In this document: positions 33,207 through 44,038 of the stretch, piece by piece
How positions within the stretch are numbered: the first letter of the stretch is position 1
How the letters are laid out: every line of letters begins with the position of its first letter
Source: Desulfatiglandales bacterium
GTDB lineage: Bacteria; Desulfobacterota; DSM-4660; Desulfatiglandales; Desulfatiglandaceae
Assembly: GCA_963662465.1 (NCBI GenBank)
Contig: OY759599.1
Coordinates: forward strand, 7,040,001 to 7,104,000
DNA: 64,000 bases
Direction: 5' to 3'
Translations under genes and position numbers: made by a program
The notes under the pieces: model-generated
Databases searched by the model: none
Told to the model about the DNA's origin: nothing
The model's input: only the letters and a program-made list of their open reading frames with translations

Positions 33207-35729
33207 TCCGCGGATTACGCAGATTGCGCAGATTATTTGTATCGGACCTGATTGCGGAGCTGCACAATAGGTCTAATTCGCATGTACTCGGAAATTTTAA
33301 ATGATAAAACAGAAATCCAAAAAATCCTGTTAATCCTGTCTGAAAATTGGAGAACATATGAAAATTCCCCTCATTAAACCCTACATCACCCAGGAAGTGA
33401 AAGACAAAGTCTGCGAAGTCCTGGACAGCGGTTACCTCACCGAAGGGCCGGTGACCCGTGAATTCGAGGAAGCCTTTCGATCGTATATCGGCTGCAACCA
33501 TGCCATACCGTCACTTCCTGTACGACCGGCCTGGAGATGGCGTTGCGCGTCCTGAATATCGGCCCTGGAGACGAAGTCATCGTACCGGATTACACCTACC
33601 CGGCCACCGCTGATGTGGTGGCCATTGTGGGTGCTAAGATCGTGATTGTGGATGTGTCCAAAGAAACCATGCTGATCGACTAAGATAAGATCGAATCTGC
33701 GATCACCGAAAAAACCAAAGCAATTATTCCGGTTTCAGGTTTTGGAAATCCGCTCGACTATGAATGTCTTGCTCAAATCAACGAAAAATTCGGGGTCTAT
33801 ATTGTTGAAGACGCGGCCTGCTCCATAACCCCGAATGGGCCGACTGGATGTTTTCATACGCATAAGTCTAAATGTTGTGGGGTTGTATAACCCATCAAAA
33901 TTAAAAGGCGTTTTCGGTAAACAAGAATGCATTATGAACATTCATAACTTGAATCCAAGGTAAGTCAAATGTTTGGCCGTTGGCTAATTCAAAGGGACTT
34001 TTATGAGCATTTTTTGCGCCAGGTAAAAATGGGACAAAATTCCTGATAGTCGCATGTGCTCGAAAGAAAAGACTTGCCCATTTCTTATCTCGAAAACTCT
34101 CAATTTGTTTTAGTTTACGTTTGATTCCTTTTAAATAATTGTCAACAATGGAGGTTGTTTGTTTTATCCCATTTCTATTTTTATGAGAGGTATAATGAGT
34201 GGCATTTTCTTTTAATTCTACTACCCTCTTTTTTAGTAATGGATGAGAAAATGCATCGTCATCTAATGCCTTAATCTTTACTTCCAAGTTAACTTTAGAT
34301 GTGGATGTTTTCAAAACTTTCTTAAATTTTTTATAAAGCTTGTCCACTTCTTGGTCGGTACATTTTGATTCTTTTTGATATTTTGATAGTGCATCGTAGA
34401 AGTTTTTCAAACAATGACGATGGCAATATCCGACCCAAATGTTATGGAATACGGTCTTGATAGCATTGGTTGAGGCTTTCCACTTATCTTTTGTTACACC
34501 AAGGATTTTGAAGTCGATTTTTTGCAAAAAATCCTCAAATGAACCGCACAGGTTTTCTTCATCAACATGATCAACATAATCGGAGTGCCATACTAATAAA
34601 TTTTCAGGATCGACCATAACTACAGAATAAGTTCTTAAATTTGGTTCTTTTTCAAAGCCCTCATCTTCCTGTAGATATCCTGAGCCTTTCACTCCTGCTC
34701 TTGTTAGTATTGTTGCAGGATGAAGTGTTCCTGCCCATCGATTCCAGTTCAAGATGGTCTGTTTGCTTTTGACACTTTTTTTGCCAATAATTTTAAGGCT
34801 TTCGATGGCTCCTTGAATGCTCGCATTAAAACGGTACATATTCCGAAATACGTGCCCAATAATCTCTATACCAAAATTCTTTTCCCTTGGGAGAAAGCTG
34901 GGAACAAGAGAGAACTTTTGTTTGCACTTCCGGCATTGTATCATGCGGATTGGGAATGTCTGTTGTTCTCCTCCATTCATTATTGTTTTTCGAGGATTCC
35001 CGCGGAAACCAGATAAAATATATTCTTTAGGTCCAGAACATGTTGAATTATGGCCTGTGTGGTGATCATATTTATCGAGTTTATCTAATACTTCAATGCG
35101 AAACTTCTTACTATCTTTTACGAGAGCATGATAGCTTTCGGTGTTATTATAAGGAAAGATATATGTTTGATTTCCTCGTTTAGAAACAAGGTCTTCCATT
35201 TTCTTTTTTACATTTTCGATTATGGATTTATCAAAAGATTTTAACATCCCTATCTCAAATGCAATACTGATTGTACTATCACGACTTTTTACATTATTCA
35301 ATTTTTTAGTAATATTACTTATCATTGAACGAATTGAATAAAAGATTCTAATTTTCTGTCGATCCCGTTGTGTTTTTGGAATGCTTTTTTTCCCTTTTAT
35401 TGGCTTACAAATATCCCATAATTGACTTATTAACCTACCAAATTCATCAATAAGAGCAGACAATGTTACATAAAAATATTGCAATGATTGAAACATCTCC
35501 CTTTCATTGATCCATGATCTGATGGCATTAATGCATTTCTCAATTTCAAAGAAAATCTCAGGATACTGTTTTGGATCGTAATAACATTGTCTTGCAAGTC
35601 TGTTTTGAGCTTTGTCCAACATTGTCAAAGCTCTCTTAATATTATTAATCATGTGCAACCTCTCTAATTTAACATAGACTGTTGCACTATGATTATGCAC
35701 ACTTATCAAAAAAAGTCCCTAACTTTTTT

Positions 35730-37672
35730 GAGAGGTTTGCGCTGTACCGTTTTTGTGCCGTACCGGGGGTGTTCTGGGCCCCAAAAAAACGCGGGCGCGA
35801 GGTCTGAGAGGGCGACATGGCAGCAGAATATTATGGTTTCCAAAGACATACCCCAAAAACCCGATAATTGGACATGCTAATCCCTTTAACTTTAAATTAA
35901 ATCATTTATTTATAACTATTTTAAATAAATTGGATTAGGCGGCTCTGGCTATTGGCCGTACAAGGGAGCGCATTTGCTCAATACGGCCAGCCCTTACATG
36001 ACCAAGGGCCATTGCCATCATTACGGCGGTGGCCAAGCAAACTCTTGTTTGCATTTTGGCTTGGCCGCGTATGTAATGTTTCTCAAAACCAAAATCATTA
36101 TCGATCCGACTGTTGATTCTCTCCAAAGAAGAACGCCGATTATACGCTCGGTCCCAACCCTGCGTACCATAGGGAATGGGTGTGAAGATTCGCCGATCTT
36201 CCTCAGTGATATTTATTCTGACAATTCGCCCATAATCTCCGGGATTAACTTGCCCCGCAGATGAACACTCTCCACATCCTTCACAGGAAAAGCCGTTTGC
36301 AGCTGCGGGACAACGATATTTCAGGGTATTGCGATTTTTTTCAAAGCCACAAAAAGCCATGTCCCGCTGTTCTCCAGTAGCCGGACAAATACAATGGACT
36401 GTCCCTTTCTCAGTATACACAATGGTATCTGCCCGGTCAGGATAAAGAGGTCGTGTGATCGGTTTTGCAGGATCGTATCCCGGCTCATTCTTTTCATCTC
36501 TCCACAGTTCACGGGTATCAATGCCGGGCCGAATCCCATATTCATCCAACAGCTGAGCCTTAGTTTTGCCGGAATCCAAACCACGGTCCGCCACAAAATC
36601 ATCACAGCGCTCGCCAAGCTGCGGTGTTTCCTCAAAAATTTCTTTGATCATGCTTCGCAGTTCCTTGTGTTCCGAATGCGAGGCAGGTGTTACATGAACT
36701 GCCACCGGAATTTCATATAGGGTATCAGCGATCAAATGAAGGCCATATCCAAACCAGCTTTTTACTTTTGTCCACTGCTTTCCGGTTTTACTGTCTGTCC
36801 CTTTCGTTTCATGCTTGCCCCAATCTGCATCCGTATCGGAGGTTTCACCGGTTTTCCGGCTTTCTTGTCCCGTACTATAACTGTTGATAGCCTTGCCGTC
36901 ATACCCTAAATGACAACCAAAATCAGGGAGTTCTGTCATTAAGGATTCTCGAAGCCCACGCACCATGCCGCTGACCATATTACCATATTCTTCCAGTTCT
37001 ATGACGCTCCTTAAAAATCTTGAGAAATTCCAACTACCTGGAACCAAAAAATATGCATTTCCGCTCTCAGACCGTATGATTTCCATTCGGCCCGTTTCCT
37101 CATTGCGTCTCAGTTCAGCTACCGGTTTTTTTTGCCTCGGCAGAATATCAAATCCGCATGCCTCTAATAACGCCGGATTCCTGGACAATTCGCGAATCAA
37201 AGATTCAATGGATGCATGCTGGAACACGACTCCCGCAATAAGCGCGTTCCACATTGCGCGTATCGGAAAATCATCTCTCCCATTGCCGCGACGCTTTTCA
37301 AGTGCCGCTACAATATTCTCATCAGGCAGATTATCGCGCACCAGATAGAAACGGTCCAAATCCGAGCGTGCTTCGACATCATTCCACGAAAAAAGAAACG
37401 GACTCACTGCTGCCAAGTTTCGGCCTCCATCAAATATTTAAAGAAACACTCTATCCTGTTATCTGATGAAGGCATTGTACAATATTTTGTATTAAAATCA
37501 AGGTATTCCGACAAGTTCTTTCGCTTGGGGTGAAAAAATGGAAAATTCCGACTCGATCTAGCTAAGTGCTTGATTTCAGGATGCCCACCCATCTTTTTTT
37601 TGGGGTAATGTTTTTTTGACACTGCCAAATCCCTCCAGGATACCAGAGACTTAAGCACAGCGCAAACCCCTC
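35730..37672 (-). mobile_element. IS1182/IS5-like element, 1943 bp
   Basis: IR GAG(A/G)GGTTTGCGCTGT; 6-bp TTTTTT duplication. Confidence 0.92.
35935..37416 (-). CDS. DDE transposase (IS1182-like)
   Basis: YDGK, WFGYGLHL, ADRGLD, YNRRSSLERINSR. Confidence 0.88.
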   Translation of the reverse strand: MAAVSPFLFSWNDVEARSDLDRFYLVRDNLPDENIVAALEKRRGNGRDDFPIRAMWNALIAGVVFQHASIESLIRELSRNPALLEACGFDILPRQKKPVAELRRNEETGRMEIIRSESGNAYFLVPGSWNFSRFLRSVIELEEYGNMVSGMVRGLRESLMTELPDFGCHLGYDGKAINSYSTGQESRKTGETSDTDADWGKHETKGTDSKTGKQWTKVKSWFGYGLHLIADTLYEIPVAVHVTPASHSEHKELRSMIKEIFEETPQLGERCDDFVADRGLDSGKTKAQLLDEYGIRPGIDTRELWRDEKNEPGYDPAKPITRPLYPDRADTIVYTEKGTVHCICPATGEQRDMAFCGFEKNRNTLKYRCPAAANGFSCEGCGECSSAGQVNPGDYGRIVRINITEEDRRIFTPIPYGTQGWDRAYNRRSSLERINSRIDNDFGFEKHYIRGQAKMQTRVCLATAVMMAMALGHVRAGRIEQMRSLVRPIARAA

Positions 37673-38328
37673 TTTTTTCCGCTAAGGCGAATTCAGGAAA
37701 AAATGTTTGGCCTCACGAAATGCGCTTTGATTAGGATATTGATTCGGAACCGTTTAACAGATGAAATAATTTCAATATGTTAGAGTAAACCCCACAACAT
37801 TTAGACTTATGCGTTTTCATATAAACATTTCGGCATGGGGGTCAACGATTCGAGGCTCTCCACGGACTTCGCCCGGATCGGCACCAACTACAAACTCAGC
37901 AACATCCTGGCGGCGGTCGGTTTGGTTCAGATGAATCATGTTGACGAACTGCTCAACCAACGACTTGAATTGTCTCAAAATTACATCGAACTCCTTCAAG
38001 GTCAGAAACAGGTTGTCATTCCCAAAACCACGGCCCAGGGAAAACACTCCCGGCAATCCTTCTGCATCTACGTAAACAATCGCGACCAAATCATGAAGCA
38101 GATGCGGGACCAGAGCATCGAGGTGCAGATCGGCACCTACGCCCTTCATCTCCACCCGGCATTCGTCCCCAGCGATTTCTGCCACATCCAAGGCGACATG
38201 GCCGGGAGCAAATATGCTTTTGATCATTGTCTTACCCTGCCACTCTATCATGAGTTAACGAAAACAGACCAGGAAACTGTCGTCGATATTCTGAAGCATT
38301 TTCTGTAAAATATACACCTTATGTTCAT

Positions 38329-38643
38329 ATGAAAAGCCCCATTCAGTTCCCGTCTATGGCTCTTTACGAAAGCAACCGCAAGCATAAAGAACCCTGGCAA
38401 CCCGGTGCGCGCGGGTCACTCTGCCCTCCTAACCTTCATCCTCTGGCGCAGAAACTGCTTGACGAAAGCGATCTTTTGGGGAATAAGAGATACGCGGTTT
38501 ACGAGGGGAAAGCCTTTTGTGCTCAACAACATACGGAAGGCAGGTGGCATGGGTATCCGGTACTGTGGAGGGAAGTCCCGGAAGCCGTCAGGAGAAAATG
38601 GCTGAACGAGGGTAAAATCGTGCGCCGGGATCTCAAGACGTGA
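38329..38643 (+). CDS. hypothetical small basic protein (candidate toxin/nuclease)
   Basis: KHK, GSLCP and WHGYP motifs; 25 bp ahead of the IrrE-like gene. Confidence 0.55.
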   Translation: MKSPIQFPSMALYESNRKHKEPWQPGARGSLCPPNLHPLAQKLLDESDLLGNKRYAVYEGKAFCAQQHTEGRWHGYPVLWREVPEAVRRKWLNEGKIVRRDLKT

Positions 38644-38668
38644 AGATATCTGAGCATGGGATAAAGAA

Positions 38669-40231
38669 ATGAATACCTGGAAAGCCTGTTTTGGGAAAAA
38701 AGAAGAATTCGCCATTGCCGTTGATTTTGTGCCGGACCCGGATCAGGGACAAGGGGCTACGGCAGAGGATACCGCCTCCTGGGGATCGTTGGAGATTTGG
38801 GTCAAGGGGCAAAACCTTTGCGAGCACATCGAGGATGGCCGGATCATGCCGTCTGTGAACTGGTACCTGCTTCCTTTTCTGGAATGGCTTTCCCAATGCT
38901 GGGATCCCCTGTTGCATGAACAGAAGCTTCCCATAAAGCAGAGTGATGCCAAAAATACCGCATGGGCTTCTTTTCAGAGCCTTTTCCAGCCTCCCATCGG
39001 TTACGATGACAACCAGGCCTCGGAATGGGATAAAAAATGGCATGAGTGGATGACTCGGCACAGTCTTCTAATGGCCAGGGACGGAGGTCTTTTTCCGGAT
39101 CTTTTCATTCGGCGGTATCGCGATCAGATAGAACTATCATGGGGAGAGATTCTGCACCCCGGCGCCCCCCAGGGTTTCCGCTTTTGCGTTCCTGGTGGGT
39201 TTGTGCGGTTGTCGCCTGCCTCGGTTTCAGAACCCCTTTTCGAGCTATTGAAAGGTTCAGCCCAATTCCTAATGGACCGATGCGCCGGTTCAGAGAGGAT
39301 AGAAATCCTAAGCCAGGCTATTCAGCGTATTCCGCAGGCTGATCAAACAGCGCGTTTGGCGTGGCTGGCGGGTTTGGACCTGGAAATCGGGAAAGCCATA
39401 GGCCGATGGAATCGATTTGTGGAAAGGGTTACCGATACACTCAGCGAGGCAGGCAAACGCCTTTTTTCAGAAAGCCAATCTCTCGCAAATATCGTTATAA
39501 CAGGATCTTGTGATGCAGCCATGATGTTCGGTTCTCTTGCGCCGACCATAGAGGAAGAGGATGTGGTGGTGATCGCCCGCAAGATGATCGAAGCCGCGGA
39601 GCAGAAACAGCATGCCGAAGTATTGGAGCGATTGACAAGACCCGTTCAGTTGGATGACGATCCATCGCCCCCGTGGGAACAGGGCTACAATTTGGCAATG
39701 GCTTTGTACGAGGAAATGCCCGTCAGCCAGAGCGGCGGGTCTGTTGATGTGGCAGGCGTGCTAAGGGGATTGGGTATTCATTTTGGGGAGATCTCCTTGA
39801 CAGACGGCGAGATCCGCGCAATCAGCCTGGCTGGCCCTCGTCATCAGCCGACCATTCTGCTCAATACCAATAACCCTACAAATCAGTACGATTCAGGCCG
39901 GCGATTCACCTTTGCTCATGAACTGTGTCATCTTCTTTATGACCGGACATATGGCATGAAACTGGCAATGGCGTCAGGCCCGTGGGCGCCCAGGGATATC
40001 GAAAGACGCGCCAATGCCTTTGCAGCTATGTTTATCATGCCCACCCACTTGGTAAGGGAACTGTTCGGACGGCTGACGAGTTCCAGGATAACCATCCAGG
40101 AGATTCTGGAAATGGCCGCGACACTGAAGGCGAGTGTGGTCGGCGTGATCGATCATTTGAAGAACCTCGGGTTTATTGATGAAGACGCACAGGAAAGGTT
40201 GAAGGAAGAGGCCGCCAAAGCCCATTCGTAA
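38669..40231 (+). CDS. ImmA/IrrE (DUF955) metallopeptidase with long N-terminal region
   Basis: RRFTFAHELCH and ERRANAFAAMFIMP. Confidence 0.85.
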   Translation: MNTWKACFGKKEEFAIAVDFVPDPDQGQGATAEDTASWGSLEIWVKGQNLCEHIEDGRIMPSVNWYLLPFLEWLSQCWDPLLHEQKLPIKQSDAKNTAWASFQSLFQPPIGYDDNQASEWDKKWHEWMTRHSLLMARDGGLFPDLFIRRYRDQIELSWGEILHPGAPQGFRFCVPGGFVRLSPASVSEPLFELLKGSAQFLMDRCAGSERIEILSQAIQRIPQADQTARLAWLAGLDLEIGKAIGRWNRFVERVTDTLSEAGKRLFSESQSLANIVITGSCDAAMMFGSLAPTIEEEDVVVIARKMIEAAEQKQHAEVLERLTRPVQLDDDPSPPWEQGYNLAMALYEEMPVSQSGGSVDVAGVLRGLGIHFGEISLTDGEIRAISLAGPRHQPTILLNTNNPTNQYDSGRRFTFAHELCHLLYDRTYGMKLAMASGPWAPRDIERRANAFAAMFIMPTHLVRELFGRLTSSRITIQEILEMAATLKASVVGVIDHLKNLGFIDEDAQERLKEEAAKAHS

Positions 40232-40249
40232 ACACAAGATAAATATTGC

Positions 40250-40620
40250 CTGTACTGGCAGAGACTGATAGACAACCTCTATATCAAAGAAATCTTTGCA
40301 CCCGTATGGGATGGTGTTAAGGGTGTTTGGATGCGTGATATATTCTGGAATGTCTTTTTGAAACATGGCCACAATCTTCAAAAACCCGAAGATTATATTA
40401 ATCATTCCATGACTTTTGAGGCAAAGACTTTCCTTCATGGTCTCTTATTGGTAGAAGACAAGATTAGCATGGCTCATGGTCTTGAAGTGAGGGTCCTTTT
40501 TTTGGACAACGATCCGGTTGATTTTGCTATGCGTGTTCCTGTTCGTTTGAAATTGAAGCATCTGGCAAATATAGAACGAATTAATGAAAATGAGCCCGGA
40601 TCGAAACAGGAGTTGTATTG
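40250..40620 (+). pseudogene. internal fragment of asparagine-synthase-like amidotransferase
   Basis: FEAKTFLHGLLLVEDKISMAHGLEVRV.FLD. Confidence 0.8.
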
Positions 40621-40940
40621 GCTCTCGGCGCATGGCGGTGTTGGAAGGAACCCAGCGCAGGATACAAGGCCTGGATAAGCTGAAAAATCACAACTCCAAT
40701 GCGAGCCAAGCAGTAAACCAATGCGGTGAGGGGTGTATGTGAGCCTTCACTTAAGCTTCCGCTGTATTGGGAAGGCTGTTTGAGGAAAGCCACGAGAAAC
40801 TAAATTAATTAAAGAGCGTCCCCCTGCCCATGTATGCCATGCGCCATGCTCCCTGCGCTATGCGATATCGCGTCCCCCTGCCCTAATGGGGTGGAACAAA
40901 ATCACACTGCCATTCCCTGGCATTGGTCAATTATTTTGCA

Positions 40941-40969
40941 TTGACAAAGGCACCATTATGACGTACATT
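40941..40969 (+). promoter_or_regulatory. sigma70 promoter of DUF1778-GNAT pair
   Basis: TTGACA-17-TACATT. Confidence 0.6.
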
Positions 40970-41008
40970 TATGCAGCGTGTTGATAAAAAACTCAGGGAA
41001 ACTTTACC

Positions 41009-41296
41009 ATGGATGCAGCAACTCAAAATAGAAACGAGCGGATCAACCTCCGTGTGAAAAGCAGCGCAAAGCGCCTCTTAACGCGTGCAGCCGATTTTGA
41101 GGGCAAGACCGTCAGTCATTTTATATTGACCAGTGCCTTGAAGCGTGCAGAGGAAACCGTCCAGGAGCATCAGATGATGGCGTTGAATACGAAAAATTCA
41201 AGGGCCTTTTTTGATGCGCTGGCCGCTCCGGTGCGTTTTAACCGCAAATTGACCGCAGCTCTTGAAGAATATGATAAGCGCGTCATCAGCAAATGA
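41009..41296 (+). CDS. DUF1778 RHH antitoxin
   Basis: ERINLRV...RAA...SHFIL...FFDAL; ATGA overlap. Confidence 0.88.
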   Translation: MDAATQNRNERINLRVKSSAKRLLTRAADFEGKTVSHFILTSALKRAEETVQEHQMMALNTKNSRAFFDALAAPVRFNRKLTAALEEYDKRVISK

Positions 41297-41835
41297 CGAA
41301 TTTCCGGAATCTGGTCATAGCGCCGCTGAACGCCGCTCATGACAGAGTCGGTTTCCGCTGTAACGTAGAAGCATTGGATCAGTATATTCATAAGCAGGCA
41401 GGGCAGGATATCAGACGCCGCATCAGTCGTATTTTTGTTGCAGCGCTGCCGGACAACCCCAAAGAGGTAATGGGTTATTACAGCCTGAGCACATTATCCA
41501 TTGAACTGAGGCAATTGCCTGAAAAGCTGGCCAGGAAGCTGCCGAAGCATCCAGTCCCCGCTGCTCTGATTGGCAGACTGGCAGTCAGTAAAAATGCCCA
41601 GGGATTTGGCATCGGCAAAATGCTGCTGGTAGATGCTATTAAGCGAACCCTGTCGGTCAGTGACCAGATCGCAATCTATGCCATTGTTGTTGATGCCATT
41701 AACGACAACGCCAAAGGCTTTTATGAGCAATTCGGGTTTGCCCGCTTAAGCGATGACAGTCCAAGACTGTTTCTGCCTTTAAAATCTTTTGAAGACAACC
41801 CAGTACCCATTAACCCAATACCCAGTGCCTATTAA
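41293..41835 (+). CDS. GNAT acetyltransferase toxin (TacT/AtaT-like)
   Basis: FRC..EALD, LIGRLAV..QGFGIG, VDA..AKGFY. Confidence 0.9.
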   Translation: MTNFRNLVIAPLNAAHDRVGFRCNVEALDQYIHKQAGQDIRRRISRIFVAALPDNPKEVMGYYSLSTLSIELRQLPEKLARKLPKHPVPAALIGRLAVSKNAQGFGIGKMLLVDAIKRTLSVSDQIAIYAIVVDAINDNAKGFYEQFGFARLSDDSPRLFLPLKSFEDNPVPINPIPSAY

Positions 41836-42019
41836 CACGTCCTTCAGACCGCATCGACTGCCCAGAATTCAGCATTCAGCATTCAGCATTCAGAAAAAGC
41901 TATTTATTTTCTTATGGATGTCCCCCATTGCTACAAAGCCCTAAGCAAATATCCTGTAAAATCCTGCCTGCCCCGTAGCTCCGGCAGATGGTACTGGGGT
42001 TAATCCTGTCAAAAAAAAA

Positions 42020-42315
42020 GGTCCCGGTTTTTCAGGAATCAGGACAAACTGAAGGAAACCGCTGTTCAGGATGACCTGAATAAGACCCTGTTCGGAGCCG
42101 ATGCCGTTATTTTGGCGGTGCGACACCGGGCCTATCTTGATTTGGATCCGGATGGGGTGGTGGAAATGATCGGTGGTCCGGCGGCCGTGGTGGATTGTTT
42201 CGGGGTGTTGGAGGATGTAGCCATCAAGCGCTATTTTGAACTGTGCTGTGAGGTCAAAGGTCTCGGCCGGGGGCATGTGAAACGAATCAAGGATGCGGTC
42301 AGAGATGCTGCGTAA
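42020..42315 (+). pseudogene. 3'-end fragment of nucleotide-sugar dehydrogenase
   Basis: Begins GGTCCCGGTTTTTCAGG as at 45429; ends KDAVRDAA*. Confidence 0.9.
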
Positions 42316-42379
42316 GACAGCTTATCAACAAAAAATCCTAAAAATCCCGTAAATCCTGTCAAAAATGAAAAGGCCTTAG

Positions 42380-42869
42380 CCGAAAAGACCATCGAAGATA
42401 TCCATCTCCATTTTGGAGAACCCAAAAGAGCCCCTATAAAGAGGTATCGAGAATTCGTCGAGAGAGGGATCAAACAGGCCTGGCCGACTCGCCTGAGGCT
42501 CTCGAAGGCGGGCGTGGGAAGGAGGACGCGAGGATCTTTGGGAGTGGTGATTTGATTGATGAGGTTCTCGATAACTCGAATGAATCCTATGAATTGAAGA
42601 AGAGGAACAAGAGTTTGTTGGATGATTTGATTCAGCGTGTAATGTCCGATATGCCTTTGGAAATGGCCCAATTAAAGTCACCGAAGAGAGACTCAAGAAC
42701 AAGCAAAATAAAGTTGATCATAAGTTTTTTGGCGGTGAACCAACTCGGAATGAGCGCTACAACTGTAGCCGAAAAACTGGATATTACCGGTATGGCGGTC
42801 GGAAAGTGCGCGGATAGAGCAGAAAAAAGGTTTGACACACAACGAATAATAGCGGAATATCTCCAATAA
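42380..42869 (+). pseudogene. C-terminal remnant of a probable Y1/REP-associated transposase with HTH
   Basis: YREFVERG, GSGD.IDEVL, HTH GMSATTVAEKLDITGMAV; directly followed by a GCGTCCCC end. Confidence 0.55.
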
Positions 42870-42910
42870 GTTTACAAGTTGACAGCGTCCCCCTTTCAGG
42901 AGTCTAAGCG

Positions 42911-43141
42911 ATGAGCTGGAAAAACCGAATTGTTGCCAATCCGGATGTCCTTGTTGGAAAGCCTGTTATAAAAGGTACCCGCTTAGCCGTAGAATTCATT
43001 ATAGATCTCTTGGCTCAAGGCTGGACTGAAAACGATATTATGGAAAATTATCCGGGTGTGATGCGTGAAGATATTGCGTCTTGCCTGAGTTATGCTGGAG
43101 AAGTGCTGAAAGCAGAAAAAGTCTTCGCAATGAGTGCGTGA
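42911..43141 (+). CDS. DUF433 antitoxin
   Basis: GKPVIKGTRLAV...YP...DIASCLSYA. Confidence 0.9.
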   Translation: MSWKNRIVANPDVLVGKPVIKGTRLAVEFIIDLLAQGWTENDIMENYPGVMREDIASCLSYAGEVLKAEKVFAMSA

Positions 43142-43143
43142 GG

Positions 43144-43530
43144 ATGCGCATCCTTGCTGACGAAAATTTTCCTGGCATAGCCGTTGACGAATTAAGAAAG
43201 CGCGGTCACAATGTGGTCTGGGTGCGCACTGAAAAGCCCGGGATCGGGGATCGTGTCATCCTGGAGTGGGCACAGACTGAGGAGAGGCTCCTTGTCACAT
43301 TGGATAAAGACTTTGGCGAATTAGCCTTCGGTAGAGATCTTGCTGCACGGTGCGGCGTTGTGCTTTTCAGGATGAAGATTTCCAATGCAAGGACAGGTTC
43401 GATGAGGATTGTTGATATCTTGGAGAGTCGCTCTGACTGGCCTGCGCATTTTTCTGTTGTTGAGGACGACCGTATCCGTATGCGGCCGCTTTCACCGACC
43501 TATCGCACCCGACTCATACCAACCAGCTAA
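43144..43530 (+). CDS. DUF5615 PIN-like toxin
   Basis: MRILADEN...LVTLDKDFGEL. Confidence 0.88.
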   Translation: MRILADENFPGIAVDELRKRGHNVVWVRTEKPGIGDRVILEWAQTEERLLVTLDKDFGELAFGRDLAARCGVVLFRMKISNARTGSMRIVDILESRSDWPAHFSVVEDDRIRMRPLSPTYRTRLIPTS

Positions 43531-43847
43531 TTCCATAAGTTACAAGTTGATAACGTCCCCCATCCACATCTTCAGCTGTCTGAACGTCCAAAACAGACAA
43601 CTGTCGCTGAGAACAAGACAACTTACGGAAATAATTAAGCTCATGCCCTTTTCTGTTGTTGAGGACGACCGTATCCGTATGCGGCCGCTTTCACCGACCT
43701 ATCGCACCCGACTCATACCAACCAGCTAATTCCATAAGTTACAAGTTGATAACGTCCCCCATCCACATCTTCAGCTGTCTGAACGTCCAAAACAGACAAC
43801 TGTCGCTGAGAACAAGACAACTTACGGAAATAATTAAGCTCATGCCC
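43450..43847. repeat. 199-bp tandem duplication
   Basis: 43450-43648 is repeated at 43649-43847. Confidence 0.95.
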
Positions 43848-44038
43848 TTCATGGTAAAACCCGTATTCCGATCGTCCATCCCCCATGAGCCATCATCCCC
43901 ATCTCGAGTTACTGAATTACAAATGGACGTCCCCCATTGTGCACTAAACAAAAATCCTGTAAAATCCTGTTAATCCTGCCTGCCCCGTGAAACCCGTTTT
44001 TTTGTTTCATTGGGGTCTAAAAAACCGGAGAACCGTTG

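Larger units (their letters stand above)
33859..37813 (-). mobile_element. IS 'A' copy 3 (transposase 33901-35709) with a nested IS
   Basis: Same IR; TSD TTTTCATA at 33851-33858 and 37814-37821; net length 2006 bp after removing the nested IS. Confidence 0.95.
33358..38308 (+). pseudogene. DegT/DnrJ/EryC1/StrS aminotransferase, disrupted
   Basis: GPVTREFE, GDEVIVPDYTYPATA, EDAAC, GTNYKLSNILAAVG, LTLPLY; frameshift, TAA at 33681, IS insertion, PLP-lysine segment missing. Confidence 0.9.
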
